Below, piece after piece: positions 31,419 through 41,079 of a DNA stretch of 64,000 nucleotides. The DNA lies in NCBI GenBank assembly GCA_020632095.1, contig JACKGF010000002.1:16502-80501 (forward strand), written 5' to 3'. The notes beneath the pieces were generated by a model, which saw nothing but the letters and a program-made list of their open reading frames with translations, did not search any database and was not told the origin of the DNA. Source of the stretch: Candidatus Nomurabacteria bacterium (GTDB taxonomy: Bacteria; Patescibacteriota; Minisyncoccia; Phycocordibacterales; UBA918). Both the position numbers and the translations under genes were made by a program. Position 1 is the first letter of the stretch; each line of letters starts with the position of its first letter.

Positions 31419-31904
31419 CTACTTAATCATTCGTCTTTTTTGGTTCATACCACGATGAGTAGACTGCAAACTATGACAATTGGGACATAAAATCCTGAGA
31501 TTTTTTAGTCGATTATCAAGGCGGTCACCATTTATATGATCCAATTCAACAGGGATTCTACCATCTTCAGCCTGTTCTGCCCAGCCACAAATCTCACACT
31601 CAGGTTTCATTAAACCCTCATAAAATAATCTATGTTTCAGCTTATAACTCTGACACTTTGAACCCTTTACTAAAATTTCTGATAATTCACTTTTGGGTAA
31701 AAATGAAAAAATTCGATTCTTTCTCCATCCTTTTCCTGTGAAGTGAGTAGTATTTAGGTTTAATTCTTCAATATTTTGTTTGATTTGCACATAGTTACCA
31801 CCAGCCGGAACTAAGCCCAGGACTTTAATCACTTCTCTAACACTATAAGAGCTCTTTACTGCTTTTTTCAGATCATCATTACTCCATTTTTTCTTACGTG
31901 ACAT
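31419..31904 (-). CDS. HNH endonuclease
   Basis: CEICGW...ELDHINGDRLDNRLKNLRILCPNCH (HNH plus Zn-finger). Confidence 0.8.
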   Translation of the reverse strand: MSRKKKWSNDDLKKAVKSSYSVREVIKVLGLVPAGGNYVQIKQNIEELNLNTTHFTGKGWRKNRIFSFLPKSELSEILVKGSKCQSYKLKHRLFYEGLMKPECEICGWAEQAEDGRIPVELDHINGDRLDNRLKNLRILCPNCHSLQSTHRGMNQKRRMIK

Positions 31905-31999
31905 ATTATTATGGTATAGATATAATTCTAACACAATTTACAAGTACTCCACATAAAAATTTTTATATTTTTGATAAATAGTGCTATAGTGTCACTCAT

Positions 32000-32072
32000 G
32001 TCCTGGTGGCGAAGTGGTTAACGCTTCGGTTTGCAAAACCGACATGCGTGGGTTCGACTCCCACCCAGGACT
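32000..32072 (+). tRNA. tRNA-Cys (anticodon GCA)
   Basis: Acceptor gtcctgg/ccaggac, anticodon loop uuGCAaa. Confidence 0.85.
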
Positions 32073-32250
32073 CACGACAGTACAAGAGCAGACTGGTAAA
32101 TCCCTGGGTGGAAGTCGAACCAAGGTTCGCCCTGTTACAGAGGCGGTACACCTTTTGGACAGATTATTCTTTCAGTCTAATCTTCCTCAAAAGGTCTTGC
32201 AAAACGCCCCCGGCATTTTGAACCCATAGAGGACTAACAACAAAACGTAT

Positions 32251-33682
32251 GTAATAAAGAAGTAGAAATGTCCTCCCTAAAGAAATAGAAATGTCCTCCC
32301 GCAAGGGAGGACATTTCCTGTATGTTGTTGGTTCATGCACAACAACAAAAACATCATACTGACGGAAGCAGAAAAAGAAAAGGGAGAAATCATTAAAGGG
32401 TGTACTGAGGGTGATTATACAAATAGTGAAGCAGCAGAAAGACTAGGTTTGTCAGTTAGGCAGGTACGAAGACTAAAGCGTAAAGTTGAGGTGTTTGGAG
32501 TGGAAGGAATTCTGCATGGTCTCAAGGGGTCGCAGTCACACCGCAAGATAGACACAAAACAAGAAAAGAAAGTGTTAAAGTTCCTGAAAAAGAAAGACCA
32601 TCACGACTTCGGTCCAACGTTTGCGATGGAAAAGCTTGAGGAATTAGAGAACATCATTCTTGATGTTGGTACCGTTCGTCGCATCATGGTCGACGCTGAT
32701 CTCTGGAAACCCAAACAACAACGAATCAAACAATCACACAGACAGTGGCGCGAGCCAATGCTTCGCTATGGTGAGCTCATACAATACGATGGAAGCTACC
32801 ATGACTGGAACGAAGACGGTGAGGAGGAGTGCCTTCTCAAAGCCATCGACGACGCAACGAGTATTGTTACGAAAGCCGTATTTGACGATCATGAAGGTAT
32901 CGTGCCCACCTTTCGCTTCTGGTGGAAGTATATCGAGCGCCACGGGCGTCCACGGGCCATATACCTAGACAAATTCAGCACATACAAGGTCAATCATAAA
33001 AGCGCACAGGATAACATTCACTTCATGACACAGTTTGAGCGAGCCATGGAAACATTGGACATCAAGATTATCACTGCCCACTCACCAGAAGCAAAAGGTC
33101 GTGTCGAAAGGGGCTTTCGCACACATCAGGACAGGCTCGTGAAGGAACTTCGTCTGGCAAAGAAGAAGAACCAAGACGAGATGAATGACTTTCTCGAACA
33201 CACCTATCTCCCCAAGCACAACGGAACGTTTGGCAGAACTCCACGTGACCCCAGAGACGCTCATCGGCCACTGACAGACATTCTCAAAAAGAAACTCTCG
33301 TCCATATTCTCCAAACACTATCGCCGCATCGTTAAGAACGACTTCACTATTCAATGGAATGGACGATGGTTTCAGCTTCTTAACAATCAACCGACTACGG
33401 TATACAAAAAAGATGAGGTGATTATGGAAGAGTGGCTCGATAACTCCATACACATCCGTCACACACGAAACAAAGAAGTGTATCTGATATATCAAGAATT
33501 ACCGAACAAACCGAAACAGGTACGCCGACCACCGACTGTCTTGGAGCGAAAGAGTACCGCACACAAGCCGGCACCTGATCATCCATGGAGAAAGAAAAGA
33601 TAAAAAAACAAAAATTTGCTCTGACGTATTACACAACGTATTAATTAACTTGAACAGAGGACACTTCTACTTCACTGCAACA
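32251..33682 (+). mobile_element. IS copy 1 (~1432 bp, rve-type DDE transposase; ISNCY/IS1202- or IS481-like)
   Basis: 100% identical to 58235-59666. Terminal inverted repeats GAAGTAGAAATGTCCTC / GAGGACACTTCTACTTC. Flanked by a 17-bp direct repeat ctaacaacaaaacgtat. Confidence 0.85.
32335..33603 (+). CDS. DDE transposase (N-terminal HTH, rve-like core)
   Basis: HTH motif (AAERLGLSVRQVRRLKRK) and a D...D...E triad (YDGSYHDW, IYLDKFSTY, PEAKGRVERGFRT). Confidence 0.85.
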   Translation: MHNNKNIILTEAEKEKGEIIKGCTEGDYTNSEAAERLGLSVRQVRRLKRKVEVFGVEGILHGLKGSQSHRKIDTKQEKKVLKFLKKKDHHDFGPTFAMEKLEELENIILDVGTVRRIMVDADLWKPKQQRIKQSHRQWREPMLRYGELIQYDGSYHDWNEDGEEECLLKAIDDATSIVTKAVFDDHEGIVPTFRFWWKYIERHGRPRAIYLDKFSTYKVNHKSAQDNIHFMTQFERAMETLDIKIITAHSPEAKGRVERGFRTHQDRLVKELRLAKKKNQDEMNDFLEHTYLPKHNGTFGRTPRDPRDAHRPLTDILKKKLSSIFSKHYRRIVKNDFTIQWNGRWFQLLNNQPTTVYKKDEVIMEEWLDNSIHIRHTRNKEVYLIYQELPNKPKQVRRPPTVLERKSTAHKPAPDHPWRKKR

Positions 33683-33748
33683 CTAACAACAAAACGTATT
33701 GCGAAAACAACCAGAATAAGTTACACTCTCGGTCATAAATAAGTATAT

Positions 33749-33821
33749 CCGCCCTTAGCTCAGTTGGTAGAGCAGCTCCCTCTTAAGGAGACGGTCCAAG
33801 GTTCGAGCCCTTGAGGGCGGA
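33749..33821 (+). tRNA. tRNA-Lys (anticodon CTT)
   Basis: Acceptor ccgccct/agggcgg, anticodon loop cuCUUaa. Confidence 0.85.
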
Positions 33822-34121
33822 CAACGTTAAGAAAAATAGTGCTGGTGCACTATTTTTTAGTTGTCCGGGGCGGAGACATAATTTTTCCTCCTTTCCTAGA
33901 GGAAAAATTGTCGAGCCAGGGTCGCAAGTACTTACTAGAATTTGAGCAAAGCGAAAAATTATAGTTAGTAACTTGTGACGACAAATTTGAACGCAGTGAA
34001 AATATGTACGGCCGAATAAATAATCTGGTAGATTATTTTTTTAGGGCTCGAAGCCCGATTGAGATATTTTGTGAGCAGAGCGAAACAAAATATCCAATTG
34101 GGACACTGGTTGTGTAACAAC

Positions 34122-34141
34122 CGAGCCCTTGAGGGCGGACA
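34122..34141 (+). repeat. direct repeat of the tRNA-Lys 3' end (att-like remnant)
   Basis: cgagcccttgagggcggaca lies 300 bp downstream of the tRNA. It is preceded by a ggttgtgtaacaacc hairpin. Confidence 0.6.
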
Positions 34142-34146
34142 ATCGC

Positions 34147-34188
34147 AAAACAAAATTCACCAGTCTTAAGACTGGTGAATTTTGTTTT
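34147..34188. repeat. 42-bp perfect palindrome
   Basis: aaaacaaaattcaccagtcttaagactggtgaattttgtttt. Confidence 0.8.
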
Positions 34189-34464
34189 AGTCAGCAAACT
34201 GCTTTACTGACGGCGATTGTCCGAGCCGCAGGCATGTTTCGAGCGCGCTTCCAAGCGCGAGAAACAGCCGAGGTGGGGTGGCGAACACTTAGTAAATTTA
34301 GCACGAAGTGCATAAATATACTTAGTGATTCGTGACGACAACTTCCGCCTAGGGTTATTCCGCCTAGGGTTACCCTTGGTAAGGCTTTCTTTAGTAGGAT
34401 AACCTCCCCAAAAAAGTAGCCTTGAAATAAAAACTCTGCTATACTCGTCACCGTAACCACTCTT

Positions 34465-34546
34465 GCGCGGGTGGCGAAATTGGTAGACGCGCTAGTCTTA
34501 GGAACTAGTGGAGCAATCCGTGGAGGTTCAATTCCTCTCCCGCGCA
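34465..34546 (+). tRNA. tRNA-Leu (anticodon TAG)
   Basis: Acceptor gcgcggg/cccgcgc, anticodon loop cuUAGga, long variable arm. An extended -10 promoter (TGcTATACT) sits at 34438-34446. Confidence 0.9.
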
Positions 34547-35345
34547 CTGTTCAATAAAATAGCCTTCCCGAAAGGGAGGGTTATTTTATTGGTACAGTGC
34601 GGAGGGAAGAAAAGTCTGGGGGACTTTTCGGGAGGGATTGAAAAGGTTGCCAGCACTTTCTGGAGCTTGCGAACAGAAAGAGCGACAACCTATACTGAAT
34701 TCGTAGAATTCAATTCCTCTCCCGCGCACTGTTCAATAAAATAGCCTTCCCGAAAGGGAGGGTTATTTTATTGGTACAGTGCGGAGGGAAGAAAAGTCTG
34801 GGGGACTTTTCGGGAGGGATTGAAAAGGTTGCCAGCACTTTCTGGAGCTTGCGAACAGAAAGAGCGACAACCTATACTGAATTCGTAGAATTCAATTCCT
34901 CTCCCGCGCACTGTTCAATAAAATAGCCTTCCCGAAAGGGAGGGTTATTTTATTGGTACAGTGCGGAGGGAAGAAAAGTCTGGGGGACTTTTCGGGAGGG
35001 ATTGAAAAGGTTGCCAGCACTTTCTGGAGCTTGCGAACAGAAAGAGCGACAACCTATACTGAATTCGTAGAATTCAATTCCTCTCCCGCGCACTGTTCAA
35101 TAAAATAGCCTTCCCGAAAGGGAGGGTTATTTTATTGGTACAGTGCGGAGGGAAGAAAAGTCTGGGGGACTTTTCGGGAGGGATTGAAAAGGTTGCCAGC
35201 ACTTTCTGGAGCTTGCGAACAGAAAGAGCGACAACCTATACTGAATTCGTAGAATTCAATTCCTCTCCCGCGCACTGTTCAATAAAATAGCCTTCCCGAA
35301 AGGGAGGGTTATTTTATTGAACAGTGCGGAGGGAAACAAAGTCTG
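34547..35345 (+). repeat. 182-bp tandem direct repeat array (4 identical units plus a degenerate fifth). Each unit ends with the last 21 nt of tRNA-Leu(TAG)
   Basis: Units lie at 34547-34728, 34729-34910, 34911-35092 and 35093-35274, with a partial unit from 35275 to about 35345. Each unit begins with a terminator-like hairpin aataaaatagccttccc-gaaa-gggagggttattttatt. Confidence 0.9.
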
Positions 35346-35469
35346 GGGGACTTTTCCTAATACAGAAAATTATACAGCTAGATACATTTACAAACCCTCA
35401 ACTATTTGCTTTATTAGTTATGGAGTTAACTGTTTATAACCAGTAGTACTTTCAGGGAAAGGTTTAAAA

Positions 35470-36000
35470 ATGACCATAATAAGAGTTGGTAGTGGGTTTA
35501 CAAGGAAAGCTAAACCTATACCACCCTTCGAACACTACCAAACACTAGGGACTGTCAGAGTACCAGAAGACCCTAAGACACCACCAGGCCTCTGGTTGCG
35601 TGTAAACTACAACAACACACCAGTAACAGACGATAATCTACCCTACCTGCAGCATAGGAGCTTATCACCAGGAGACCAGCTTCACGTCAGTGTCTTCATC
35701 AGTCATCAAGACCAGACTCTAGAAAACTGCTTAAGGTTCCTTAAACGCAGACACGCCGTATACCCTGGTATAAAAGGACTGTTGTCGGTAGCAACACAAA
35801 TGGGTGATGATTTGCCCGAACACTTATTCAGTGTCCTGTTCCATGGCGACGGCGATGAACAAGAAGTGAGCAATCATTGCTGTAACACTGCATCTTGTAT
35901 CTGCAACAAAAGCCCAGGACTTCCTTCCTTTCTAACTTTCGCCCAAGACGTAAAATTGTTAGCTGGTTTCCCGCTACTATGCTTCAGTGAAATCAACTAG
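35470..36000 (+). CDS. hypothetical protein (possible cargo downstream of the tRNA repeat array)
   Basis: 176-aa ORF followed by a terminator hairpin at 36016-36044. Confidence 0.45.
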   Translation: MTIIRVGSGFTRKAKPIPPFEHYQTLGTVRVPEDPKTPPGLWLRVNYNNTPVTDDNLPYLQHRSLSPGDQLHVSVFISHQDQTLENCLRFLKRRHAVYPGIKGLLSVATQMGDDLPEHLFSVLFHGDGDEQEVSNHCCNTASCICNKSPGLPSFLTFAQDVKLLAGFPLLCFSEIN

Positions 36001-36045
36001 AAAGTTTATAGTTACCAAGACCAAAACCCCTGCTTGCAGGGGTTT

Positions 36046-38124
36046 TTACTCCAACCAACTTCCCTTCGACGAAAGCGAAGACATAACGCTATTTTTATAA
36101 TCAGTCCACACTATCACTTTTCCTTCATAGCGATGTGAATTTGGATAAGTGCTTAATATTCTCTCAGCATTTAGAGGACTAGTAACTAGCACCCAGACCG
36201 TTGGTAAATACATTTCATTTGTTCCATCTGGTTTTGAAGATACAGTAACGGCTTCATATCCACTATCTCTAGCCATACCAACAATCGGCGGGAATAGATT
36301 TAAGTAGCGGTTTGAAATATGAAAAGCCATAACACCATCCTCTGATAACAGAGGCTTATAAGCACGATTAAATGCCTCTTTGGTTAATAAATGAACAGGA
36401 ATCGCATCATCAGTGAAAGCATCCATCATTATCACATCATAAGTAACCTCGCCCCGCTGAACTTCTTTTTCCAATAAGAGCCGTCCATCACCAATGGTCA
36501 CTGTATTTTTATCTGGACACATTTCTAAATAGGTGAAATATTCACGCGCCAACCTCTCTACTGCTGGGTTAATTTCCAAATATGAAATCAACTCTACATC
36601 ACCACAATACGCATTCATCATTCCTGCTCCCAAACCAACCACATTAACCTTAGGGGAAATCCCTCTGTCAACAAAACTTTTAATAGCAATATCAATACCA
36701 GAGTTTGGACCATAGTAACTAGCCGCTTTGTATTCGTAACGTTCATCAAGAGCCTGAAAGCCGTGATTTGTGTGTCCATTGGCAATAATCCGCACAGAAA
36801 TTTTTTCACCATCAACCTTTTTAACTGAATCAACTACTTTTAAAGTCCCATAAAAATTCCTGTCAGTAACAACCGTTCTACTAGAAGGTAAACTAGAAAG
36901 AACTAAAACAAAAGCCAACACAAAAATCATCCACTGGATACTAACCTTAAAAAGCTTTGGCACCCTTTGAGGTAGCCAGCCGATGTAATTGTAAGAAAAA
37001 TATAATACTAATAGAGAGAAAGCGTAAAAAATTTCGATTTGATCATTCAATAATAACGGTAATATGATCCCAACCACACCAGAACCCAAAGCTCCTCCCA
37101 GAGTCATATACACATAAAACGAACCAAGATCACTAACATCAGGCCTTAGCTTATACACCTGATGATGAAAATAGGTACAAATAACTAAAAAAGAAAACAT
37201 TATTATCACAAAACCAACCCAATAACTAGTTACCCCCTGACTGATTATTGGGAATACAAAAAATACTGAAGCAGTAGAAATCAAAGCCCAGAAACCAAAT
37301 GGTATCTTAGGAGTGAATGATGCCCGATTACCAAAAGCAATAATGAACGAGACTAGATACAACATCAAAGGAATCACCCACAATAACGGAAACGAGGCAA
37401 TTCCTTTGCTTAAAAACTCAGTCAAAGAAGCCAGCATGAAAGTTGGAATAGCTGCCATAAATACAATCCGCCACCGATTATTAAGGGCAAAATCAATAAA
37501 CTTATGCGCTGGAGCGACTACTTTAGTCTTTAACATCTCCACTTGTTTCCATGCAATTAATAGCATCATGAAGAAAATAATGAAACCGATTGTCCACCAG
37601 GCTGCTTGCCAGATTAATGATGTATATAACTCAAAAATAAACGGATAAGCTATCAAACCAAGCAAGGAACCAACATTTGACAAAGCATAAAGTGAATAGG
37701 GCTCCTTATCTGTCAGACGAGCATACAAATATTGAGTAATGACTGAAGTACTAGCCAACAAAACTACCGGCAAACCAACCCCAAACAAAAGTGTTAATAA
37801 TACTGAAAAAGCTGGCGACTGATTCGACACTGTATCGACCAGCAACGGTGAGCCGGCAGTCATCCACCTAGTTAATAGCAACGAACCACAAAGAACAAAA
37901 AATCCGCTATGAAATAGCCGAGATACCTTTGATGGCCAACTCGTCAACAAAGAAGCGTAAACATAACCCAACAAAAGCGTAGTGGAGTAAAAAAACACTG
38001 AAATCGTCCACACTGAAGATGTTCCTCCAAAGTAAGGTAAGAGATACTTAGCGTATAGCGGTTGGACCACAAACAAAAGCGCAGCCGATAAAAAAGTCGA
38101 AAACAATATCAGAGTCCGGACCAT
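36046..38124 (-). CDS. fused polytopic-membrane / spermidine-synthase-like aminopropyltransferase
   Basis: About 10 N-terminal TM helices. The C-terminal SpeE-like fold carries GLGAGMM and DVIMMDAFTD. Confidence 0.75.
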   Translation of the reverse strand: MVRTLILFSTFLSAALLFVVQPLYAKYLLPYFGGTSSVWTISVFFYSTTLLLGYVYASLLTSWPSKVSRLFHSGFFVLCGSLLLTRWMTAGSPLLVDTVSNQSPAFSVLLTLLFGVGLPVVLLASTSVITQYLYARLTDKEPYSLYALSNVGSLLGLIAYPFIFELYTSLIWQAAWWTIGFIIFFMMLLIAWKQVEMLKTKVVAPAHKFIDFALNNRWRIVFMAAIPTFMLASLTEFLSKGIASFPLLWVIPLMLYLVSFIIAFGNRASFTPKIPFGFWALISTASVFFVFPIISQGVTSYWVGFVIIMFSFLVICTYFHHQVYKLRPDVSDLGSFYVYMTLGGALGSGVVGIILPLLLNDQIEIFYAFSLLVLYFSYNYIGWLPQRVPKLFKVSIQWMIFVLAFVLVLSSLPSSRTVVTDRNFYGTLKVVDSVKKVDGEKISVRIIANGHTNHGFQALDERYEYKAASYYGPNSGIDIAIKSFVDRGISPKVNVVGLGAGMMNAYCGDVELISYLEINPAVERLAREYFTYLEMCPDKNTVTIGDGRLLLEKEVQRGEVTYDVIMMDAFTDDAIPVHLLTKEAFNRAYKPLLSEDGVMAFHISNRYLNLFPPIVGMARDSGYEAVTVSSKPDGTNEMYLPTVWVLVTSPLNAERILSTYPNSHRYEGKVIVWTDYKNSVMSSLSSKGSWLE

Positions 38125-38217
38125 ACAGCGAGTCAGTTAAGCTTTAGTAATGAGGGTATACTATCACGCATGCAAAATAACAGTTATTGACAACAGCCTG
38201 ATTAATAATCGCGGAAT

Positions 38218-39270
38218 TTATTGAGTTTGCAAACGTGTTTTCTTAAAAGGCAGACGTTTGCGAATGTATTGATTGTAGTAGCGAGCCAGAGGTTTTTTGT
38301 ATTCAGCTGGAACCTTATCGACTTGCAAACAAACCCAAGAACAGTAACCTTGTTTTTTCTCAATACAACTATCGCAACCTATAAACAAAGTGTGACAGAT
38401 TTGGTTTTTGCAGTGGTAGTGAGTATCGCTTGGAGTCGACTTGCATAAGTGACACTTAGAAATTATTTCTTCACTAACCCTTTCCCCAAGCCGCTCATCG
38501 AAGACGAAGTTTTTACCTTTGAATTTGTTTTGTAAACCCTGCTCTGCTACTTGATGAGCATAGTCAATAATTCCTCCTTTAAGGTGTCTAACGTCTTTAA
38601 AACCATTATGTTTAAGCCAAGCACTAGCTTTTTCACAACGAATACCGCCGGTACAGTAAAGGGCAATTTTCTTGTTTTTATGGATCTTAAGCAGGTCTGG
38701 AGTCTTTTTTAACTCATCACGAAATGTCTCGACGTTTGGGGTAATTGCACCTTCAAAATGACCAACTTCACTCTCGTAAGCATTCCGCATATCAACTATC
38801 ACTGCTTCAGGGTCGTTTACATAATCGTTCATTTCAGCGGCAGTGAGATACTGGCCAGTGTTGGTCACATCGAATGATTCGTCATCTAAACCGTCAGCCA
38901 CAATCTTATCTTTTACCTTAACAATCAGTTTAAAAAATGACGGCATTTTACCTTCTTCCACAGCAATCTTATAAGGAATACCTATCAATTCTGGTTGCGC
39001 CTGCACCCAAGCATCAAACTGCTCCCAATTTTCCTTAGGAACGTTCATTTGAGCATTAATGCCCTCTTTAGCGACGTAAATTCGACCCATACAGTCAAAC
39101 TTATTCCATTGGTTAAGGAGTCGTTCTTGAAACTCTTTTGGGTCTGCAATCTGCACATAGCGGTAAAAAGATAGCGTCACGCGCGGTCGCCTATCAGCAG
39201 CCGCGTCACGTCGCTTCTCGGTCGCACTACGCATATCACGAACATTAGATTTTTTCATGCTAGAAATCAT
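38218..39270 (-). CDS. trhO: rhodanese-domain protein, TrhO/YceA (tRNA U34 hydroxylase) family
   Basis: Rhodanese active site LYCTGGIRCEKAS and a C-terminal Cys-rich tail. Confidence 0.75.
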   Translation of the reverse strand: MISSMKKSNVRDMRSATEKRRDAAADRRPRVTLSFYRYVQIADPKEFQERLLNQWNKFDCMGRIYVAKEGINAQMNVPKENWEQFDAWVQAQPELIGIPYKIAVEEGKMPSFFKLIVKVKDKIVADGLDDESFDVTNTGQYLTAAEMNDYVNDPEAVIVDMRNAYESEVGHFEGAITPNVETFRDELKKTPDLLKIHKNKKIALYCTGGIRCEKASAWLKHNGFKDVRHLKGGIIDYAHQVAEQGLQNKFKGKNFVFDERLGERVSEEIISKCHLCKSTPSDTHYHCKNQICHTLFIGCDSCIEKKQGYCSWVCLQVDKVPAEYKKPLARYYNQYIRKRLPFKKTRLQTQ

Positions 39271-39473
39271 ACCTTACTGGGTGGTTGCTTCGCAACCACC
39301 CTACCCCTCCCCTCCTCCCCCACCCCTAAAATACCCTTATTTTCAAACCCTAAATATAACAACCCAACATTGACTTTTAGTCCAAATTATGCTATTATAG
39401 TGGGTAGGAAGGACAATATCTTTGTCCGAAAGTTTGCGACCTTTGGTCGCTTTGACAATTGAAGGAGTAAAAA

Positions 39474-41078
39474 ATGAACAAGGTACTGATTTGGCTGGAA
39501 GCCTTTAACAAAAGGCTGTCCGCAACCTTAGGGAAAGGTGCTTCTGACGTGCTGAAAAACAGTACGGTCAGAACATTCGCGGTCATTACAACACTAGCGA
39601 TCGCCTCCGCGGCGATCATTCTGGAGGCCATAAACGGCACATTCTGGACCATCAGCCTCATCGGGTTGGTGGTAGGGGGCTACTTTTCGTTCAAGTTCAT
39701 AAAGAACAAGAAAGTGAAGCCCCTAGAAGAAACAGAACCTGAAGGAGAAAACGAAATGAGTAACGTGAAGAAATTTTTTCACATCATAAACAGCATTGCT
39801 CTCAAAGCTTGTGCTGTGCTGTGGATTATCGCTATTGTCTTAGCTGCCTTCACCATGAAATCAATAGCACCTCTGCTACTAATTCTGGTAATCGGTCCCG
39901 TCCTCTTTTGGACAATTCTATTCTCAATTAGCGTCATCGCTAGCTTTACCGGCCACCTGATTATCAGCCCGAATCGTTTTCGGCCTGATGATTACGACGC
40001 CAAAAAAATCGACGGTTCTCTGCCTTCATACAAACCTGACAATTTTGGCATCTTTACCAAAATCGAAGACGGTAGAGCGATGGTTAAAATTATCGGCCAA
40101 ACCTTCCTAACAGCGTTCATGCAAGCACCTGGACTTAGTTTCAGAGGTCATCACGAACCACTGTTAAAACGCAACGAAAAATATTGGGACGTCATCGATA
40201 CACCCCCTGGTAAAAAGGATAGTGATCCGCTTTCTGAGTACAGATGGTTTAACTGGAAGACAATCTTTTTTGGCCCATACCAAACGGCATGGCGTCTCTG
40301 GGAAGCGGCGACACACAAATGGTTAGGACTCGTCTTCGTTGGTATTTGGCCAATTGTGACTCTGCGGATTTATCCAATGGAGTACTTCGAGGAAGCAAAA
40401 ACGTCCGCAGGAGAATTTAATCTCAAAAGGAGGCTGGACTATAGCAACCACTACAGAGTATTCGACTTTCAGGTCTTCGTTCCTATGGACTCTCTCGACA
40501 CCAAAAATATGATTCCGGTGAAGATGGTCATAAGCGAGATCATGAGGGTGGTCAATGTGTACAAAATTGCATTCAGAAGTGACAACAATTGGATTTCAAG
40601 GCTGTTTGCCAGGATTCCTAGCTTCGTAAATGAAGTCACCAACAAGATTACCGTTCAGGAAATCATTGCTTCAACCGGTGAAACCCTACTAACGGAAAAG
40701 ATTCAACCCGGACTGGAAGCGCTTGCAGATGCAGACAAAGGAGGACCAATATACGCTATGGGTCTGCATTTTGCACCTAATGCACTAAGTATACCCGACC
40801 GGTCAGTCAGAAACAAAGAAGACGAACTTCGTCTCGGTGAAGTAGCGCGAGCAGAAATAGACCGTGAAGCACGCATGAGACGGGCAGATGGTGATGCTTA
40901 TGCCATCGAGAAGTCAAACCAGGCCATTGCGGCTGGTGACCCAACAATTGGATTGGAGGTGGCTCGTATCGATGGCCAAGTCCGCCAAGCAGAAGCAGCT
41001 GGCAAATCTGGAGGAACGGTAATCGTCGGTAATACTGCCGGAGTGATTGCAAACCCACAGCCAAGAAAAGGAGATTAG
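39474..41078 (+). CDS. membrane protein with an SPFH/band-7-like C-terminal domain
   Basis: Several N-terminal TM helices. The C-terminus (EVARAEIDREARMRRADGDAYAIE...TIGLEVARIDG...TVIVGN) resembles an HflK/stomatin coiled region. Confidence 0.5.
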   Translation: MNKVLIWLEAFNKRLSATLGKGASDVLKNSTVRTFAVITTLAIASAAIILEAINGTFWTISLIGLVVGGYFSFKFIKNKKVKPLEETEPEGENEMSNVKKFFHIINSIALKACAVLWIIAIVLAAFTMKSIAPLLLILVIGPVLFWTILFSISVIASFTGHLIISPNRFRPDDYDAKKIDGSLPSYKPDNFGIFTKIEDGRAMVKIIGQTFLTAFMQAPGLSFRGHHEPLLKRNEKYWDVIDTPPGKKDSDPLSEYRWFNWKTIFFGPYQTAWRLWEAATHKWLGLVFVGIWPIVTLRIYPMEYFEEAKTSAGEFNLKRRLDYSNHYRVFDFQVFVPMDSLDTKNMIPVKMVISEIMRVVNVYKIAFRSDNNWISRLFARIPSFVNEVTNKITVQEIIASTGETLLTEKIQPGLEALADADKGGPIYAMGLHFAPNALSIPDRSVRNKEDELRLGEVARAEIDREARMRRADGDAYAIEKSNQAIAAGDPTIGLEVARIDGQVRQAEAAGKSGGTVIVGNTAGVIANPQPRKGD

Positions 41079-41079
41079 T

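Noticed and set aside
32073-32160. A second tRNA gene on the minus strand after tRNA-Cys
   Set aside because: Only the T-arm/acceptor 3' half is recognisable. No D-arm or anticodon arm can be folded, so it is called an inverted fragment.
32006-32229. ORFs 32006-32221(+) and 32014-32229(+)
   Set aside because: They overlap tRNA-Cys and its inverted 3'-end fragment. They have no RBS, and both frames being open simultaneously suggests chance.
34191-34744. ORFs 34191-34547(-) and 34508-34744(+)
   Set aside because: They overlap tRNA-Leu(TAG) and the first tandem repeat unit. The second one starts with a GTG inside the tRNA.
34547-35345. CRISPR array interpretation of the 182-bp tandem repeats (and of the 169-bp repeats at 45889-46322)
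   Set aside because: The units are identical end-to-end with no unique spacers. The unit lengths (182 and 169 bp) are far from repeat-plus-spacer periodicity, and no cas genes are nearby.
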